A stretch of DNA of 61,019 nt, filler included, from Stramenopiles sp. TOSAG23-3 (GCA_900128585.1; 16 parts of 16 records of this genome joined end to end with filler, not necessarily neighbours in it), one strand, 5' to 3'; numbered from the whole stretch's first letter, positions 1-10,960 are shown. A program made the numbers and translations. Notes: generated by a model not told the origin, from the letters alone.

Positions 1-23
1 GCCACCCTGATCTGTCCAAAATT

Positions 24-1748
24 ATGGATGTGGAGCTGTGGGAAGCCCAGTTCGAGAAAGCCATGCAAGGCGAATTGCACGCTACGTTGTCGTTGGCAAA
101 TTTTCAAGCGTGGTTGGACCTGGTTCTCCAAACGCAGCACGAACAAGATGTCCACGCGGAACATGCACGGAAGGAAAAAGAAGATAAAGCAAAACGCGAA
201 GCTGATCGCAAAATTGAAATTTTGCTGACACGAGAGAACTTTAAAGATGTCGTGCTCGGTGAACTGGACTCGGGACAAAGGGCTTCCCGGCTGCTGTACG
301 GGTTGCGGACATGGTTAGGGGATTCGTTTCCAAACGTGTTGCTGGAAGCTGAAGAGATTCATCTGGCCGATGCAGAATGGAATTTTACTGCCCTTGCAAG
401 TTTGTTTGTGAACCACGCTACCTTGCAACCGGATCAACTTCCCTTTGTTACAGACTTTCACAACTTGCACACGTTGGAAAAGAATTGGAAGAAAGTTACG
501 AGCGCAGCTAAAACTACTGAAGATGACCCAACTATTGCGCTAGAGACGCTGAGCAAACGAATCAATAATATTTCTAACAAAGTCACTCAGAGGATTTCAA
601 AGCTCGAAAGTGGCCACCAACTCTGGTGGCGATGTGCTCGCACGGTACTATCTCGCCTCGTTAATGATTTGTGCCGGCGTGCACGAGGTATAGAGGGAAC
701 CGTTGGCGCCGATGAAATTGAACGGGAAAAGGGCTCGTTCATGAAACTGTCTTTTATGAAAATCCAGCAACTGCTACAGGAGGAAGATGACGCACGTTTT
801 GCATTTGAAGAGATTACAGACTACATAGGGGAGAGTTTTATGGAGCTACGAAAGGTTTACAAGGCCTATGGTGCAATGGGTGGAGGTGGCAGCACAATGT
901 CAATGGCTGAATTTTTGATGCTCGTTCGAGATTGTAAACTAATTGACAAAAAGTTCACTTCCCAAGATGTCGATTTAGTGTTTATAAAAACAAACATTGA
1001 GATAGATGAAGTTACGGGCGAAAGAGTGGAGATTGCAATGAATCCGAACAAAGCACTAACAACCACCGAATTTGTAGAAGCAATCGTTCGTGTGTCGCAT
1101 GGATTTTATAAGTCCAGACTCAAACAGCCATTGATCACTTGCATCAAGAGAGTCATGGAAGACCACATCGTCCCGTTTGCTAAGCGATCGGACGCGGAAG
1201 CTTTTAGAAAGAAACTGGCATCTCCAGAGCTAAGAGGTGTCTTTCAGAGACACGGGGATCGCTTAAAGCTTCTTTTTGACAAATATAGTAAGGCGGATGA
1301 CAGCGACATTCACGAGGATAGGGCGGGAGAAACCATGAATATAAAAGAGTTTATGCAGTTGATGAAGGACAAACAATTGCTTGGAAACAAGCTACCGCAC
1401 AAAACCGTGCAGCAATTGTTCCAGAACGTTCAAAATGACGATGCTGCATTCGAGGAAGACGATGATGACATGGATGCGGAAGTGGACTATGACGAGTTTG
1501 TGGAAAGTGTGGCTGCTGTTGCTTGCATTGTCTATCCCAACCCGTACGTCGCGTTTGAACAAAGGATTGAACGGTTCATTCTCTCCTATCTTTTGGTTGG
1601 CGAGAAAAGAGAGAGCAAAAAAGGCACGAGCAAAGGAAGCTCCAAAACCAGTGGAAAGGACAAAAAGAAGGATAAGCGCAAAGGTTCTGTTGGGAGCCCG
1701 AAGTCTGGTCAGAATAGCAGGAAGAAAAAGACAACTCTAAGAAAATAA
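24..1748 (+). CDS. EF-hand / p25alpha(TPPP)-like repeat protein, probably cytoskeletal or flagellar; may be 5'-incomplete
   Basis: 574-aa ORF with EFLMLVRDCKLIDKKFTSQDVDLVFIK (p25alpha-like), EF-hand-like segments MNIKEFMQLM and VDYDEFVE, and a Lys-rich tail. Confidence 0.55.
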   Translation: MDVELWEAQFEKAMQGELHATLSLANFQAWLDLVLQTQHEQDVHAEHARKEKEDKAKREADRKIEILLTRENFKDVVLGELDSGQRASRLLYGLRTWLGDSFPNVLLEAEEIHLADAEWNFTALASLFVNHATLQPDQLPFVTDFHNLHTLEKNWKKVTSAAKTTEDDPTIALETLSKRINNISNKVTQRISKLESGHQLWWRCARTVLSRLVNDLCRRARGIEGTVGADEIEREKGSFMKLSFMKIQQLLQEEDDARFAFEEITDYIGESFMELRKVYKAYGAMGGGGSTMSMAEFLMLVRDCKLIDKKFTSQDVDLVFIKTNIEIDEVTGERVEIAMNPNKALTTTEFVEAIVRVSHGFYKSRLKQPLITCIKRVMEDHIVPFAKRSDAEAFRKKLASPELRGVFQRHGDRLKLLFDKYSKADDSDIHEDRAGETMNIKEFMQLMKDKQLLGNKLPHKTVQQLFQNVQNDDAAFEEDDDDMDAEVDYDEFVESVAAVACIVYPNPYVAFEQRIERFILSYLLVGEKRESKKGTSKGSSKTSGKDKKKDKRKGSVGSPKSGQNSRKKKTTLRK

Positions 1749-1819
1749 GAGAGAAAGGAGAAGGGCAATTCTACACAATTTAAAGTAAGTCAATTTACCA
1801 AAAAAGTAAAACACCCAGG

Positions 1820-3553
1820 TTATTGAAAAAACGGTGGAATGGCGCCTTTTCTGCTACTTCGGAGCATGTTCCCCCGCCCACGGCCTTGTTCGAAACTTTG
1901 ATGTGGCTTTGGGGCTTCTCCAACACCGTCGTACCCTGAGAATTCAGAGGTCGTGCTTATCACCGTTGCATCCCTCAAATCCAAGAGCGCTTGTTGCTCC
2001 TTCAATGCTTTCTTCTTCTTTTCTTCGGCTGCTCTCTTCAATTCTGCCTCCTCTCGTTGTTGCTCCATCCGTTTTCGCCTGGCAGCACTTTCCTTTTGCC
2101 GTTGCTTTTTTAAATCACTCTCGTGTGTGCTGTCCATAACAAATGCCTCCAGCTCTGCGTGACGACCGAGGCAATTGGGACACACAGGCTGGGAATTGTC
2201 ACCGTTTGTGAAGAAGGGGTGATCCCTTGCTTCCTGTAGCGATATCCTCTCAGAGGGGTTGATCCGCAAAATTTTGTCTAACAGATCAACCATGTCGTCT
2301 GGGTACTTCTTAAACGTCTCTCGCACGCAGCGCGGGTATTTCGGCAGGTTCAGCACTCTTTCCTTGGTCTCTTCAGTCAAATTCGCATCCAAATACTGGA
2401 CCCAACCTGGACCTTGTTCTGGGGTCCCACACAGCTTTAATATTTTAATAAGCTGGTCAACTTCTGACATACCAGGCAAAATTGGTTTTCCTCGGCGAAG
2501 CATCTCGGCAAAAATGCACCCGGCGGACCACAAATCAATCTTTGTTCCGTATATTCCAGGCCGATCCGATTTTTGAAGCTTTTCTTGCAGCAACAGCTCG
2601 GGTGCCCTCCAGCAAAGACTCACTACATTGACTGAGTACAAGTTTTTCACGGTGATTCGACCTCCTATGCCACTCTGGTTGGGGCAATAATATTTTAAAA
2701 ATTGGGGAGTCGCTGTATCTACTTGAAACGCAAAGCCAGCACCAGGCTCACCACAGGGAACGTTTTCTCTGAAAAGTCCGTAAGTGTAATCCTCGGTTCC
2801 CTGAACCCACCTGGAGACGAATAGCGGGTACCCTTTGTTGCTCTCATGGGACTGGTCGAAAAAGTAAACGGCTGGACTCAACAAGCGCAATGGCAATTTC
2901 CTAACACTACAAAAGTCTGCCCAAGGGCCACGGGTCATCCAGAAACACCCATCAACCACCCTCACATTTATGGTCGTCCTGCCCTTAGCTTCGCTTAGCT
3001 CCTTTCGTGCCATTCCCCAATCTGCGAGCTTAATGCAGTGTGAGTCTTTTGACAACAACAAATTTGCTGGCTTCAAGTCGCGGTGCATAACACGCTTGTT
3101 CTCTGCAAACACCAAAGCGTTCAAAATTTGTCTCATGTAACACTTGACGTTGTCGATTGTTATAAGCGTAGTCGGGTTCGCCAGCAAAGCGCCAAAATCA
3201 TAGTCTAGGTACTCAAACACCATACAGATGGCATCTTTCCAATCTGCGCCGTCTTCTCCGTCATACTCTGCGTCGGCGTGAACAATGTCTACTAAACCAA
3301 CAATATTTGGATGACGTTCTTCCTTCGGCAGCATGAGCTCACTCAATAAAAAATTGATTTCGCGCAGTGTGGTTATGGGAAACCCTTCATTATACTTTTC
3401 TGCCCATGCCATCTTTATCTTCTTGATTGCCACTAGTTTCCCATCGCTTTTGCTCCGCGCTTTAGTGACCATTCCGTACTGGCCTTCGCCAAGGACGGAG
3501 ACGAGCGTATAGTGGGCCGAGCACAACCTTTTCTTCCCATTGTTTGCGAACAT
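1820..3553 (-). CDS. Cyclin-dependent kinase (CDK9/CDK11-like) with a large activation-loop insertion
   Basis: GEGQYG, VAIKK, PITTLRE cyclin-binding helix, HRDLKPAN, DWG, WRAPE, DLWSAG. Likely ATG at 3553 (MFANN). Confidence 0.9.
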   Translation of the reverse strand: MFANNGKKRLCSAHYTLVSVLGEGQYGMVTKARSKSDGKLVAIKKIKMAWAEKYNEGFPITTLREINFLLSELMLPKEERHPNIVGLVDIVHADAEYDGEDGADWKDAICMVFEYLDYDFGALLANPTTLITIDNVKCYMRQILNALVFAENKRVMHRDLKPANLLLSKDSHCIKLADWGMARKELSEAKGRTTINVRVVDGCFWMTRGPWADFCSVRKLPLRLLSPAVYFFDQSHESNKGYPLFVSRWVQGTEDYTYGLFRENVPCGEPGAGFAFQVDTATPQFLKYYCPNQSGIGGRITVKNLYSVNVVSLCWRAPELLLQEKLQKSDRPGIYGTKIDLWSAGCIFAEMLRRGKPILPGMSEVDQLIKILKLCGTPEQGPGWVQYLDANLTEETKERVLNLPKYPRCVRETFKKYPDDMVDLLDKILRINPSERISLQEARDHPFFTNGDNSQPVCPNCLGRHAELEAFVMDSTHESDLKKQRQKESAARRKRMEQQREEAELKRAAEEKKKKALKEQQALLDLRDATVISTTSEFSGYDGVGEAPKPHQSFEQGRGRGNMLRSSRKGAIPPFFQ

Positions 3554-3733
3554 TATTTCCTGTGCAAAAGAGAGAGAGTGAGAGAAAAAAAATCCAACGC
3601 TGTAGTTCAATACATTATTCACCTGCAGCTCCAAACAAGATCGTGTGCCTTTTTTCCCTTTATGCTCTTGATCACCATCATTCTTTTTCTTCTGGGAAGA
3701 AAGAAGTAGGAAGTTGTGGGGGGAAGCATAAAA

Positions 3734-3833
3734 NNNNNNNNNNNNNNNNNNNNNNNNNNNNNNNNNNNNNNNNNNNNTTAATTAATTAANNNNNNNNNNN
3801 NNNNNNNNNNNNNNNNNNNNNNNNNNNNNNNNN
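3734..3833. other. Artificial contig linker N44-TTAATTAATTAA-N44 (first of 15)
   Basis: Identical 100-nt spacer with stops in all frames at 3734, 7567, 11398, 15225, 19050, 22873, 26692, 30510, 34328, 38145, 41961, 45777, 49592, 53404 and 57215. Intervening contigs shrink steadily from 3733 to 3711 bp. Confidence 0.99.
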
Positions 3834-4103
3834 GGGAGGTGGCAAAGAAAGAGGAAGAAGATATGATGGCTGCGTTTGACGAAGAGAGCGATGACGACGA
3901 CGGTGGTGGTTGGGGCTGATGAATGACTTTTTTATGAATTGCTGAAAGAACTTAAGTTGACCGAATTTTAAACGTAACAAAATGCATTAAGCTTTACACG
4001 AAAGTCTATTCAAGAATTACGAAAAAAGGAGAGAGTAGGTACTCTCAGATGAAACTGGGCGTATGAAGATGATTCCCACGTTGACGGATGTTCGTTACCC
4101 CAC

Positions 4104-5606
4104 TTACCAGAACTTCTTCATCTTTCCTGCTAGCTTGTCAATACCTTTCGAAGCGGCAGCAATTCCCTTCTTTGCCGCTTCGTTTCCTTTTTCCAGCGCC
4201 AAATTTGCGGTCGCCATGGCCGTGTCCACTTTCGCGGCGGCAGCAGGGTTGCCATCCAAGTAAGCGGTCGCCCGGGCCTGGATCTGATCCAGGGTTTCGT
4301 TCGCGCGGTCGACCCCCCACGAACCGTACATGCACGTTGCCGCCCACGCTGCGGCGGCAGCTACCCCGCAGGCTGCCACCATCTTCTTCACTTTGGTCTG
4401 CCAAAGCTTGTCCTCTTCGGCCTGTTTCTTCGCGGCTTCTTCCCTCGCTGCAGCGGCCCTTGCGGCGGCCGCCTCGGCCTCGGCGGCGGCCGATGCGTCT
4501 TTTTCCGCCTTCAGGCGAGCTTGCTCCGCTTCGTACTCCGCTTGCTGGGCCGCAAGCAACGCGGCCGCCGCAGCCTCGGCCGCGAGCCTTTCGGCCTCTG
4601 CTTCTTGGCGCTCTTTCTCGGCAATGGCAGCCAACTCTGCTTCCCGCGCTGCCCGTGCTTCCGAATTCACCAGCGCGACCGCGCCAACGTCCAAGTCCAC
4701 GTACGCGAACTCGATGTTGACGGTGGCGTCTCCGTCGGTGCTCTTTTGGAGCTTCCCAGCCCGCGACGTGATGCCGACGGTAATATCCCCGACCGAGCTG
4801 TAGCCCAGCATGCCTTTTTGGGAAACGGTCAGGGTAAAATTGTGGAGGTCCCCCCCTGCCAAGAACAGGTATGGTCGGTTGAACGTTACCGTCCCGTCGT
4901 CGTCTGACTTGATACTGTCGGTTTCGGAGGCTTGGCCTTTTTCCCCACTCTTTGTTCCCCCGGCGACCGTGACGGGGAGGAGGCGGTCGTTCTTGAAGCC
5001 GCCAACTTTGACATGAGTGGCCTTCCCCTTCTTAACATTGCCCACGGAGATGACGTTGATCAGGACCAAGCGGGACATTTTCGTTTGGTGCCTGGAAATA
5101 TCGTCCCAGCTGTCCCCGGACTGCCCGGGTTCGTTGAAGGCCGTAAGAATGGGGGAGCGGACGTACTCGTAGTCCAGGGTGCCCTGTGGAAACAGCTTCT
5201 GTTGGCCAGCGCCCTGGGCACCCGACAAGTCCAGCTGCGTGGACGCCATCAACTCGTCCGCGATGATGCCCGCGTTGTGGTCCATTACCATCAGTTTGCA
5301 GCGCGTCGTGTCCTTCGACGCAACAAAGTAAAACTCTTGGTTGAAGTCTGGGTCCAGGTTGGAATCTATCCACTTCCCGGAGCATTTCTTCTTGTCGAGG
5401 CCTTGGGTGGTCTCTCCCCACATGCAGAAGCCGCTAAACTGGGATAACGAAACGTACGGGTCACTTTTCATTCCGAACTGCTCTTTGTTGCGCAGGCCTC
5501 GGGCGTTCTTAATGGTTAGCTTAATGATGGACCCTAGCGCTGAACCGAGCTGGGTCGTGCCGGGCTCGCACGCGGCGGCGTAGTTGACTTCTGCAAGTGA
5601 GGCCAT
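4104..5606 (-). CDS. C2-domain protein with Ala/Glu-rich coiled coil and C-terminal hydrophobic segment
   Basis: LTIKNARGL..SDPYV..LDPDFNQEF..VMDHN..DELM is a C2 signature, followed by a second degenerate C2. Likely ATG at 5606 (MASLAEV). Confidence 0.75.
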   Translation of the reverse strand: MASLAEVNYAAACEPGTTQLGSALGSIIKLTIKNARGLRNKEQFGMKSDPYVSLSQFSGFCMWGETTQGLDKKKCSGKWIDSNLDPDFNQEFYFVASKDTTRCKLMVMDHNAGIIADELMASTQLDLSGAQGAGQQKLFPQGTLDYEYVRSPILTAFNEPGQSGDSWDDISRHQTKMSRLVLINVISVGNVKKGKATHVKVGGFKNDRLLPVTVAGGTKSGEKGQASETDSIKSDDDGTVTFNRPYLFLAGGDLHNFTLTVSQKGMLGYSSVGDITVGITSRAGKLQKSTDGDATVNIEFAYVDLDVGAVALVNSEARAAREAELAAIAEKERQEAEAERLAAEAAAAALLAAQQAEYEAEQARLKAEKDASAAAEAEAAAARAAAAREEAAKKQAEEDKLWQTKVKKMVAACGVAAAAAWAATCMYGSWGVDRANETLDQIQARATAYLDGNPAAAAKVDTAMATANLALEKGNEAAKKGIAAASKGIDKLAGKMKKFW

Positions 5607-6471
5607 AGCTCTTGGGTGAGTGAGTGGGTGGGTGGGGGTGCAGGCAGGGTGGGTCTTGAAGCTGGAGACGAAGGTCAAGTTATTCCTTTTTTTAAGTCGC
5701 GTTGAAAACAGAAACGAAGAAATTAAGAAAGAAAGAAAGAAAGAAAGAAAGATAAAGATAAGTTTGCAAACAATATAAAGGCGGATTAGGTTAAACCCAG
5801 TTGGCACAATGTCTCACACATGCAATTAAAGACATCTGATCCCCATATCCCAAACTGGAGTCTGGAGACTGGAGAGACGACGGTAAAAAAGAGAAGAAGA
5901 AAAAAAGATCCAAATATTGGATTGGAAATGATTAATAACCCTAATCCTAACCGTAATAATTTTTAGAATTAAAAAAAATATTCTCTTCTTTTTTTCGCGG
6001 GGGAATTATTAGATAGAAGAAAGAAGAGAGAAGAATTAGAATTCAATCCAAACTACCGTACCGTACCGTACTATACAATGTAAAATAAATAATATAATCT
6101 TCTTCTTTCTTCTTCTTCTTCTTCTTCTTTCTTCTCCATAATAATAATAATAATAAAAATATAAAATTAAAACAAGGTACAATAATACTACTACGGTATA
6201 TTATTTATTAATATTATTATTAATAATAATTTGTTTGTTTTTTTTTAATAAATTTTTTTTTAAAAAAAAGAGAAAAATATTATTTAATAATCCCATGAAT
6301 AATTATGAACAAAGACAAGGAAAAGACAACGACGGATTTTAGTACTGATGATGAATTTTGGATGAAAGAGAGAGAGTTCGCCGTGCATATTTTTCTCATT
6401 GCTGTTGTTCATTGAGAGACATTTTCACCGTTTGTATTTGACTATTTCGACCGACCGACCGACCGACCGAC

Positions 6472-7515
6472 ATGGCATCCTCGTCCTCAGCGTCGTCTTC
6501 GACCAGGGCGGACCTTCCGTGGGTTGAAAAGTACCGTCCAAAACGCGTCTCGGACGTTTCCTCCCAAGACGAAGTTACCGGGGCGCTTCGGAATTCCATT
6601 TCGTCCGGAAATCTTCCTCACTTGCTATTTTATGGGCCCCCGGGCACGGGTAAAACCTCTACGATCCTGGCGTGCTGCCGGGAACTGTATGGGTACGAGC
6701 TTATGAAGACGCGCGTCTTGGAGCTGAACGCCTCGGACGACCGCGGGATCAACGTCGTTCGCACCAAAATCAAATCGTTCGCGCAGAACTCCGTCGGAAG
6801 AGATACATTCAACGGACGCCCATGCCCCCCGTTCAAAATAATCATCCTTGACGAGGCAGATACGATGACAGAAGCCGCCCAGGCTGCCCTGCGCCGCACC
6901 ATCGAGGACTACTCGAAGGTGACCCGGTTCTGCCTGATATGCAACTACGTTAGCCGGATCATCGAGCCCATCTCCTCGCGGTGCGCAAAGTTTCGTTTCA
7001 AACCAGTCCCGTCGGCCCCGTTGCTGGAACGGCTGGAGTACATTGCGAAGCAGGAAAAGATTACGCTGGGGGAAGGGACCCTGGACGCCCTGTTCGATTC
7101 CTCGGGGGGGGACATGCGGAAAGCGCTGACGTACATGCAGGGCTCGTCCCAGCTTGTGAACTCCGGCAAGGTAGACGTGTCGGTCGTCATCGAGCCGGAC
7201 CACGTGTACCAGCTGGCCGGCAAAATCCCCCTGAACGTATTGAAAGGGTTCTGGGAAGCCATCCAAAGCGGGAAATTCGACAGAGTGCAGCAGCAAGTGA
7301 AGAACCTGTGCGCCGAAGGGTTCTCCGTCAGTGCACTTTTAGAATGCCTCTGCCAGGACATCGTAGGTGCCCCGGACAGTAGGATAAGCGACTCGAAGAA
7401 GGCGCAGATGTTGGTGAAACTGGCAGAAGCGGACAAGTGCTTGGCGGATAGTGCGGACGAAGAGTTGCAGTTGATGGACGTTGGGGCCCACATTCTCTTG
7501 GCTTACCGAGGCTGA
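6472..7515 (+). CDS. RFC4: Replication factor C small subunit (human RFC4 / yeast Rfc2 type)
   Basis: PWVEKYRPK, Walker A GPPGTGKT, ELNASDDRGI, DEAD, SRC motif, PCPPFKIIIL. Confidence 0.93.
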   Translation: MASSSSASSSTRADLPWVEKYRPKRVSDVSSQDEVTGALRNSISSGNLPHLLFYGPPGTGKTSTILACCRELYGYELMKTRVLELNASDDRGINVVRTKIKSFAQNSVGRDTFNGRPCPPFKIIILDEADTMTEAAQAALRRTIEDYSKVTRFCLICNYVSRIIEPISSRCAKFRFKPVPSAPLLERLEYIAKQEKITLGEGTLDALFDSSGGDMRKALTYMQGSSQLVNSGKVDVSVVIEPDHVYQLAGKIPLNVLKGFWEAIQSGKFDRVQQQVKNLCAEGFSVSALLECLCQDIVGAPDSRISDSKKAQMLVKLAEADKCLADSADEELQLMDVGAHILLAYRG

Positions 7516-7694
7516 AGCGGGCCGGGCGCGCGCGTGTAAAAGTAATTGCCCGCACTCCACAAAAATNNNNNNNNNNNNNNNNNNNNNNNNNNNNNNNNNN
7601 NNNNNNNNNNTTAATTAATTAANNNNNNNNNNNNNNNNNNNNNNNNNNNNNNNNNNNNNNNNNNNNTTATAAGCTGAGCGATGAGGTAGAGAAC

Positions 7695-10436
7695 ATGAGA
7701 AAACAGCAAAGAGAGCGGGCGGCCGGGGCAAGGGCGGCAGAAATGAAACGGCTGAATGAACAGAGGAGAACCCTGCATGAGCGCCAGCTGAAGCTGGCGA
7801 AAGAACGCCGTGAGTTTAGACTGATTCGGGCAAAGGGGCTGGATGTTTTGGCTGACATTGAGTTCGGAGATGCTCCGCCGATGGAGTATTTGCTCGCAAA
7901 CGCGACCGCTAAAAAAGAGGACGGCGGGGAGGGAAAGTCGGATACGGACTCGGAAGAAGAGCCCTTGGACGAATTCGTCGAAACAACGAAAGAGAATATT
8001 AACAAAATAAAAATAACGATGGAATACATCAAGGAAGAGATTCCGAAGATCCCGCAATTGAAACGCTTCGCAGAAGGTCCCTACGACCGCATGCGCCCTT
8101 ACGGCGGAGAGATGGGGAAACGGTCGTATTTGAAGTCGCAAATGCCCGCTTACAACTTATGCCGCAAATTATGCTTTGAAATCGTGGACGAAGCCATGTT
8201 CTACCTATTTGTATTTCGCCCCACACGGAAAGATGCCGAAAAGGCCGTGGTCCAGTTCCAGGCGAAGCGGAAGCAGAGGATAAGGAAGGAGGAAACCCTT
8301 AGGGAAGACCTGGTCGTGCGGGACATCGTCAATGAGATTATAGACTACCAAGTAGCGGACATCGCAGGCAGCATTGCCTACGAGTTCGACGCTTGTCGAA
8401 ACAAAGCAGTGGACCTTGGGCTGCAACTCATTCTTGGGTCGTTTTCGGAGCAGGTGCAGAGGAATAGAAAGGAAATTACGAATGCATTTAAGGAGATGAT
8501 TAAGCGGCGGGATCTCCGAGACGAAAAGTCGACTTCGCGCCGTGCCCACCAGCGATCTACTTTGAAGCACATTTCGCGGCACAAACGAAAAACAGCAGAG
8601 GAAGTGTCTCGGGAGGACCAACGCCACAAAGCCGAAGATGCAGACAAATCCAAGGCAGACAGGGAGGAAGAGGCCAGAGAGGTCGACCACGACGTTACTT
8701 TTATTCCCACCGTTTCGCGAACCCTGGGGCGCCCAAAATTGCCTTTGTATTATGTCGAAATGGAACGAACGTATTGGGAGAGGGTTACGTTCAATTGGCA
8801 AGTGCTCAACTTGGCCCAGTGGGCGAAGACGACAGGTGGGCTGACGGCACTTTCCATCAGTCCAGATGGACGGTTTCTGCTCACGGGGCATGAGAAAGGT
8901 TCCATGTTGATGTTTGACACGTTTTGGACTCCCCCGATGCTGATTCGGGCAAGTTTTCGGGAGAAAGTGCCAAAAGAGAGGCAGTCCCCGGTTGTGGCGA
9001 TCCGTTGGGGCTTAGGTGGGAGTGGGCACCGGGCAGCAACTATTGACAAGGCCGGTATCGTGCGCATATGGTCGACAGAGACGATTGTGAAACAAAACAA
9101 GCACTCTGCCCTGAAAGATTTTTTCCCCAAAGAGATGAGAGACGTTGTGAAGAAGCCCCCGGCTCCCTCTCTTATTGGCCTTTTTGACCCCTACGATTCC
9201 GCCCGAGCTAGTAATAGCATGAACGACCCTGCGTTGAATCCGACTTCGATATGTTTCCATCCGTCCATCACCGTCAGCGGGCAGCAGCCTTCCCTCATGA
9301 TTGGAATGAAGAAGGGCTTAATCGTAAAGCACAACCTGCCGTCCGATGGCCCAATATTATTTGAAAAATCACATGCTGAATCTGACCCTGCAAACCCGCT
9401 GTTGAAGAGGGCAACGAAGGACGCAGAAAAGATTGCTGCTGCGCTGAAATGTTCCGATTGTGGCAACCGCTTGCCGCCTGATGTTGCTCGAGAATTTTTT
9501 CAATCGCACTCGAACAAGATCATATATTTAGACTTTGTTGGGACTGCAGACGAGACCGATGATCCAACGACGACGCTTGTTAGTGTGGATGAAAGAGGGC
9601 ACGTATTCACATGGCCGTACACTGCTGATGGGTTCAGTGGCTTTGGGTGGTTTGTTCCCTCTGGAAAGTACAAAATCAGAGACCACACCACCAGCCCGAC
9701 AGATATGACAACCCTTAAAATTCGAAAAGCCGTGTGCAACAGAGCCAGAACGCAATTGATTCTACTTTGCCATGCCAACACGTTTCCCTTGGGGCAAAAG
9801 CCGACGAATCCAAAATCCGGCGCTCTGCGTGTTCTCTTTTTTGATCTCCAAACTGTCAGAGTTTTGCCTTGGGCCATTACAGTCGCGGAAAATATCTCTC
9901 CCGAAGAAGAGGTCGGGATGTGCTTGTCACCTTTGTTGGACGCGCCTGCCTCTGATGTGCTTTACATTACCCATAACAACCAGTTTGAAATATATTCTTT
10001 GGCAACTGGTCAGCCCTTGAAAGACAAGTCCGAACCATTCCAGCTTCGCCCGAAGGAAATGGCGACGCTAATGGACGTTAATCCTGGGAACTCATGCATA
10101 TTTATTGGGGCTGTTGGGGGGACAAAGATAAACTTTTCCCCCATTGAAGACGTGAACACGTCCGTTGGTCGCCGAGATAAGTACTCGATAGTCAAAAAGC
10201 TGATTGCCAATGAAGGCGAATTGAGGTCGAGCAGAATTCGTCGCTTTTCGACGGGACCTGAGCACAGGGTTCGCAATATTTATTGGGATATTTCAGAGCA
10301 CAATGTTGATCGAGAAATTTCGGGGATTGTGTACGAGATCGGGCGTGCGGCAGCTGGGCAGGGGATTCGCAATGCGATTGCACGAAAGAAGGCTGCCGCA
10401 ATAGCCGAAGAGGAAAAACACCAAGTGGCGCTGTAG
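7695..10436 (+). CDS. Large coiled-coil plus WD40-like beta-propeller protein, function unknown; possibly 5'-incomplete
   Basis: 913-aa ORF with LTALSISPDGRFLLTG, GIVRIWS and LVSVDERGHVFTW. Confidence 0.65.
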   Translation: MRKQQRERAAGARAAEMKRLNEQRRTLHERQLKLAKERREFRLIRAKGLDVLADIEFGDAPPMEYLLANATAKKEDGGEGKSDTDSEEEPLDEFVETTKENINKIKITMEYIKEEIPKIPQLKRFAEGPYDRMRPYGGEMGKRSYLKSQMPAYNLCRKLCFEIVDEAMFYLFVFRPTRKDAEKAVVQFQAKRKQRIRKEETLREDLVVRDIVNEIIDYQVADIAGSIAYEFDACRNKAVDLGLQLILGSFSEQVQRNRKEITNAFKEMIKRRDLRDEKSTSRRAHQRSTLKHISRHKRKTAEEVSREDQRHKAEDADKSKADREEEAREVDHDVTFIPTVSRTLGRPKLPLYYVEMERTYWERVTFNWQVLNLAQWAKTTGGLTALSISPDGRFLLTGHEKGSMLMFDTFWTPPMLIRASFREKVPKERQSPVVAIRWGLGGSGHRAATIDKAGIVRIWSTETIVKQNKHSALKDFFPKEMRDVVKKPPAPSLIGLFDPYDSARASNSMNDPALNPTSICFHPSITVSGQQPSLMIGMKKGLIVKHNLPSDGPILFEKSHAESDPANPLLKRATKDAEKIAAALKCSDCGNRLPPDVAREFFQSHSNKIIYLDFVGTADETDDPTTTLVSVDERGHVFTWPYTADGFSGFGWFVPSGKYKIRDHTTSPTDMTTLKIRKAVCNRARTQLILLCHANTFPLGQKPTNPKSGALRVLFFDLQTVRVLPWAITVAENISPEEEVGMCLSPLLDAPASDVLYITHNNQFEIYSLATGQPLKDKSEPFQLRPKEMATLMDVNPGNSCIFIGAVGGTKINFSPIEDVNTSVGRRDKYSIVKKLIANEGELRSSRIRRFSTGPEHRVRNIYWDISEHNVDREISGIVYEIGRAAAGQGIRNAIARKKAAAIAEEEKHQVAL

Positions 10437-10960
10437 TATTTTCCATCGTTTGAATTTACCCAATTAAAACTAAAATAACGGGTTCCATTATTTTGTTTTT
10501 AGTGATTAATATCAGTACACATTAATGTGAAATAAAATAAGTTAATTTTACGAAAGGTACATACACTAAAAAAAAAATACACCTCATCAAAAAAAAAAAA
10601 AGTTATGATATGATTAATAATCAAAAATATCATAAGAGGCGCCGTAAATTTTAAGAGATGTACCGCGAGATTTTTACATTCTTAAAGGGTGAAATTCTGA
10701 ACCTGACGGACAGGCACACACTATATTTTAAAACAGGTCGCATCGCCTCGCGTGGAAAGTGTTCATAAAATTACTTATAAATAACATAGCCATTTTTTTG
10801 TTTTTTTTCAATATCATAACTTTTACTTAGATAAACCTCTTAAACTTTAACAGCACGTGATATATTTGTTTTGAATAATTTTTAATGTGGGGGTCTAACT
10901 TTTTTTAAATGTGCACACCACCGCTCGTTTGTCTGATCTGTGTTTCAAATGATATTTTTT

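Noticed and set aside
5937-5952. Telomere-like AACCCTAA motifs (also ~26843, 31964, 34279, 59017)
   Set aside because: Only one or two degenerate units each; no telomeric array and too weak to call a regulatory telo-box.
4088-7560. Many overlapping antisense and alternate-frame ORFs
   Set aside because: Shadow ORFs of GC-rich coding sequence with no recognisable motifs.
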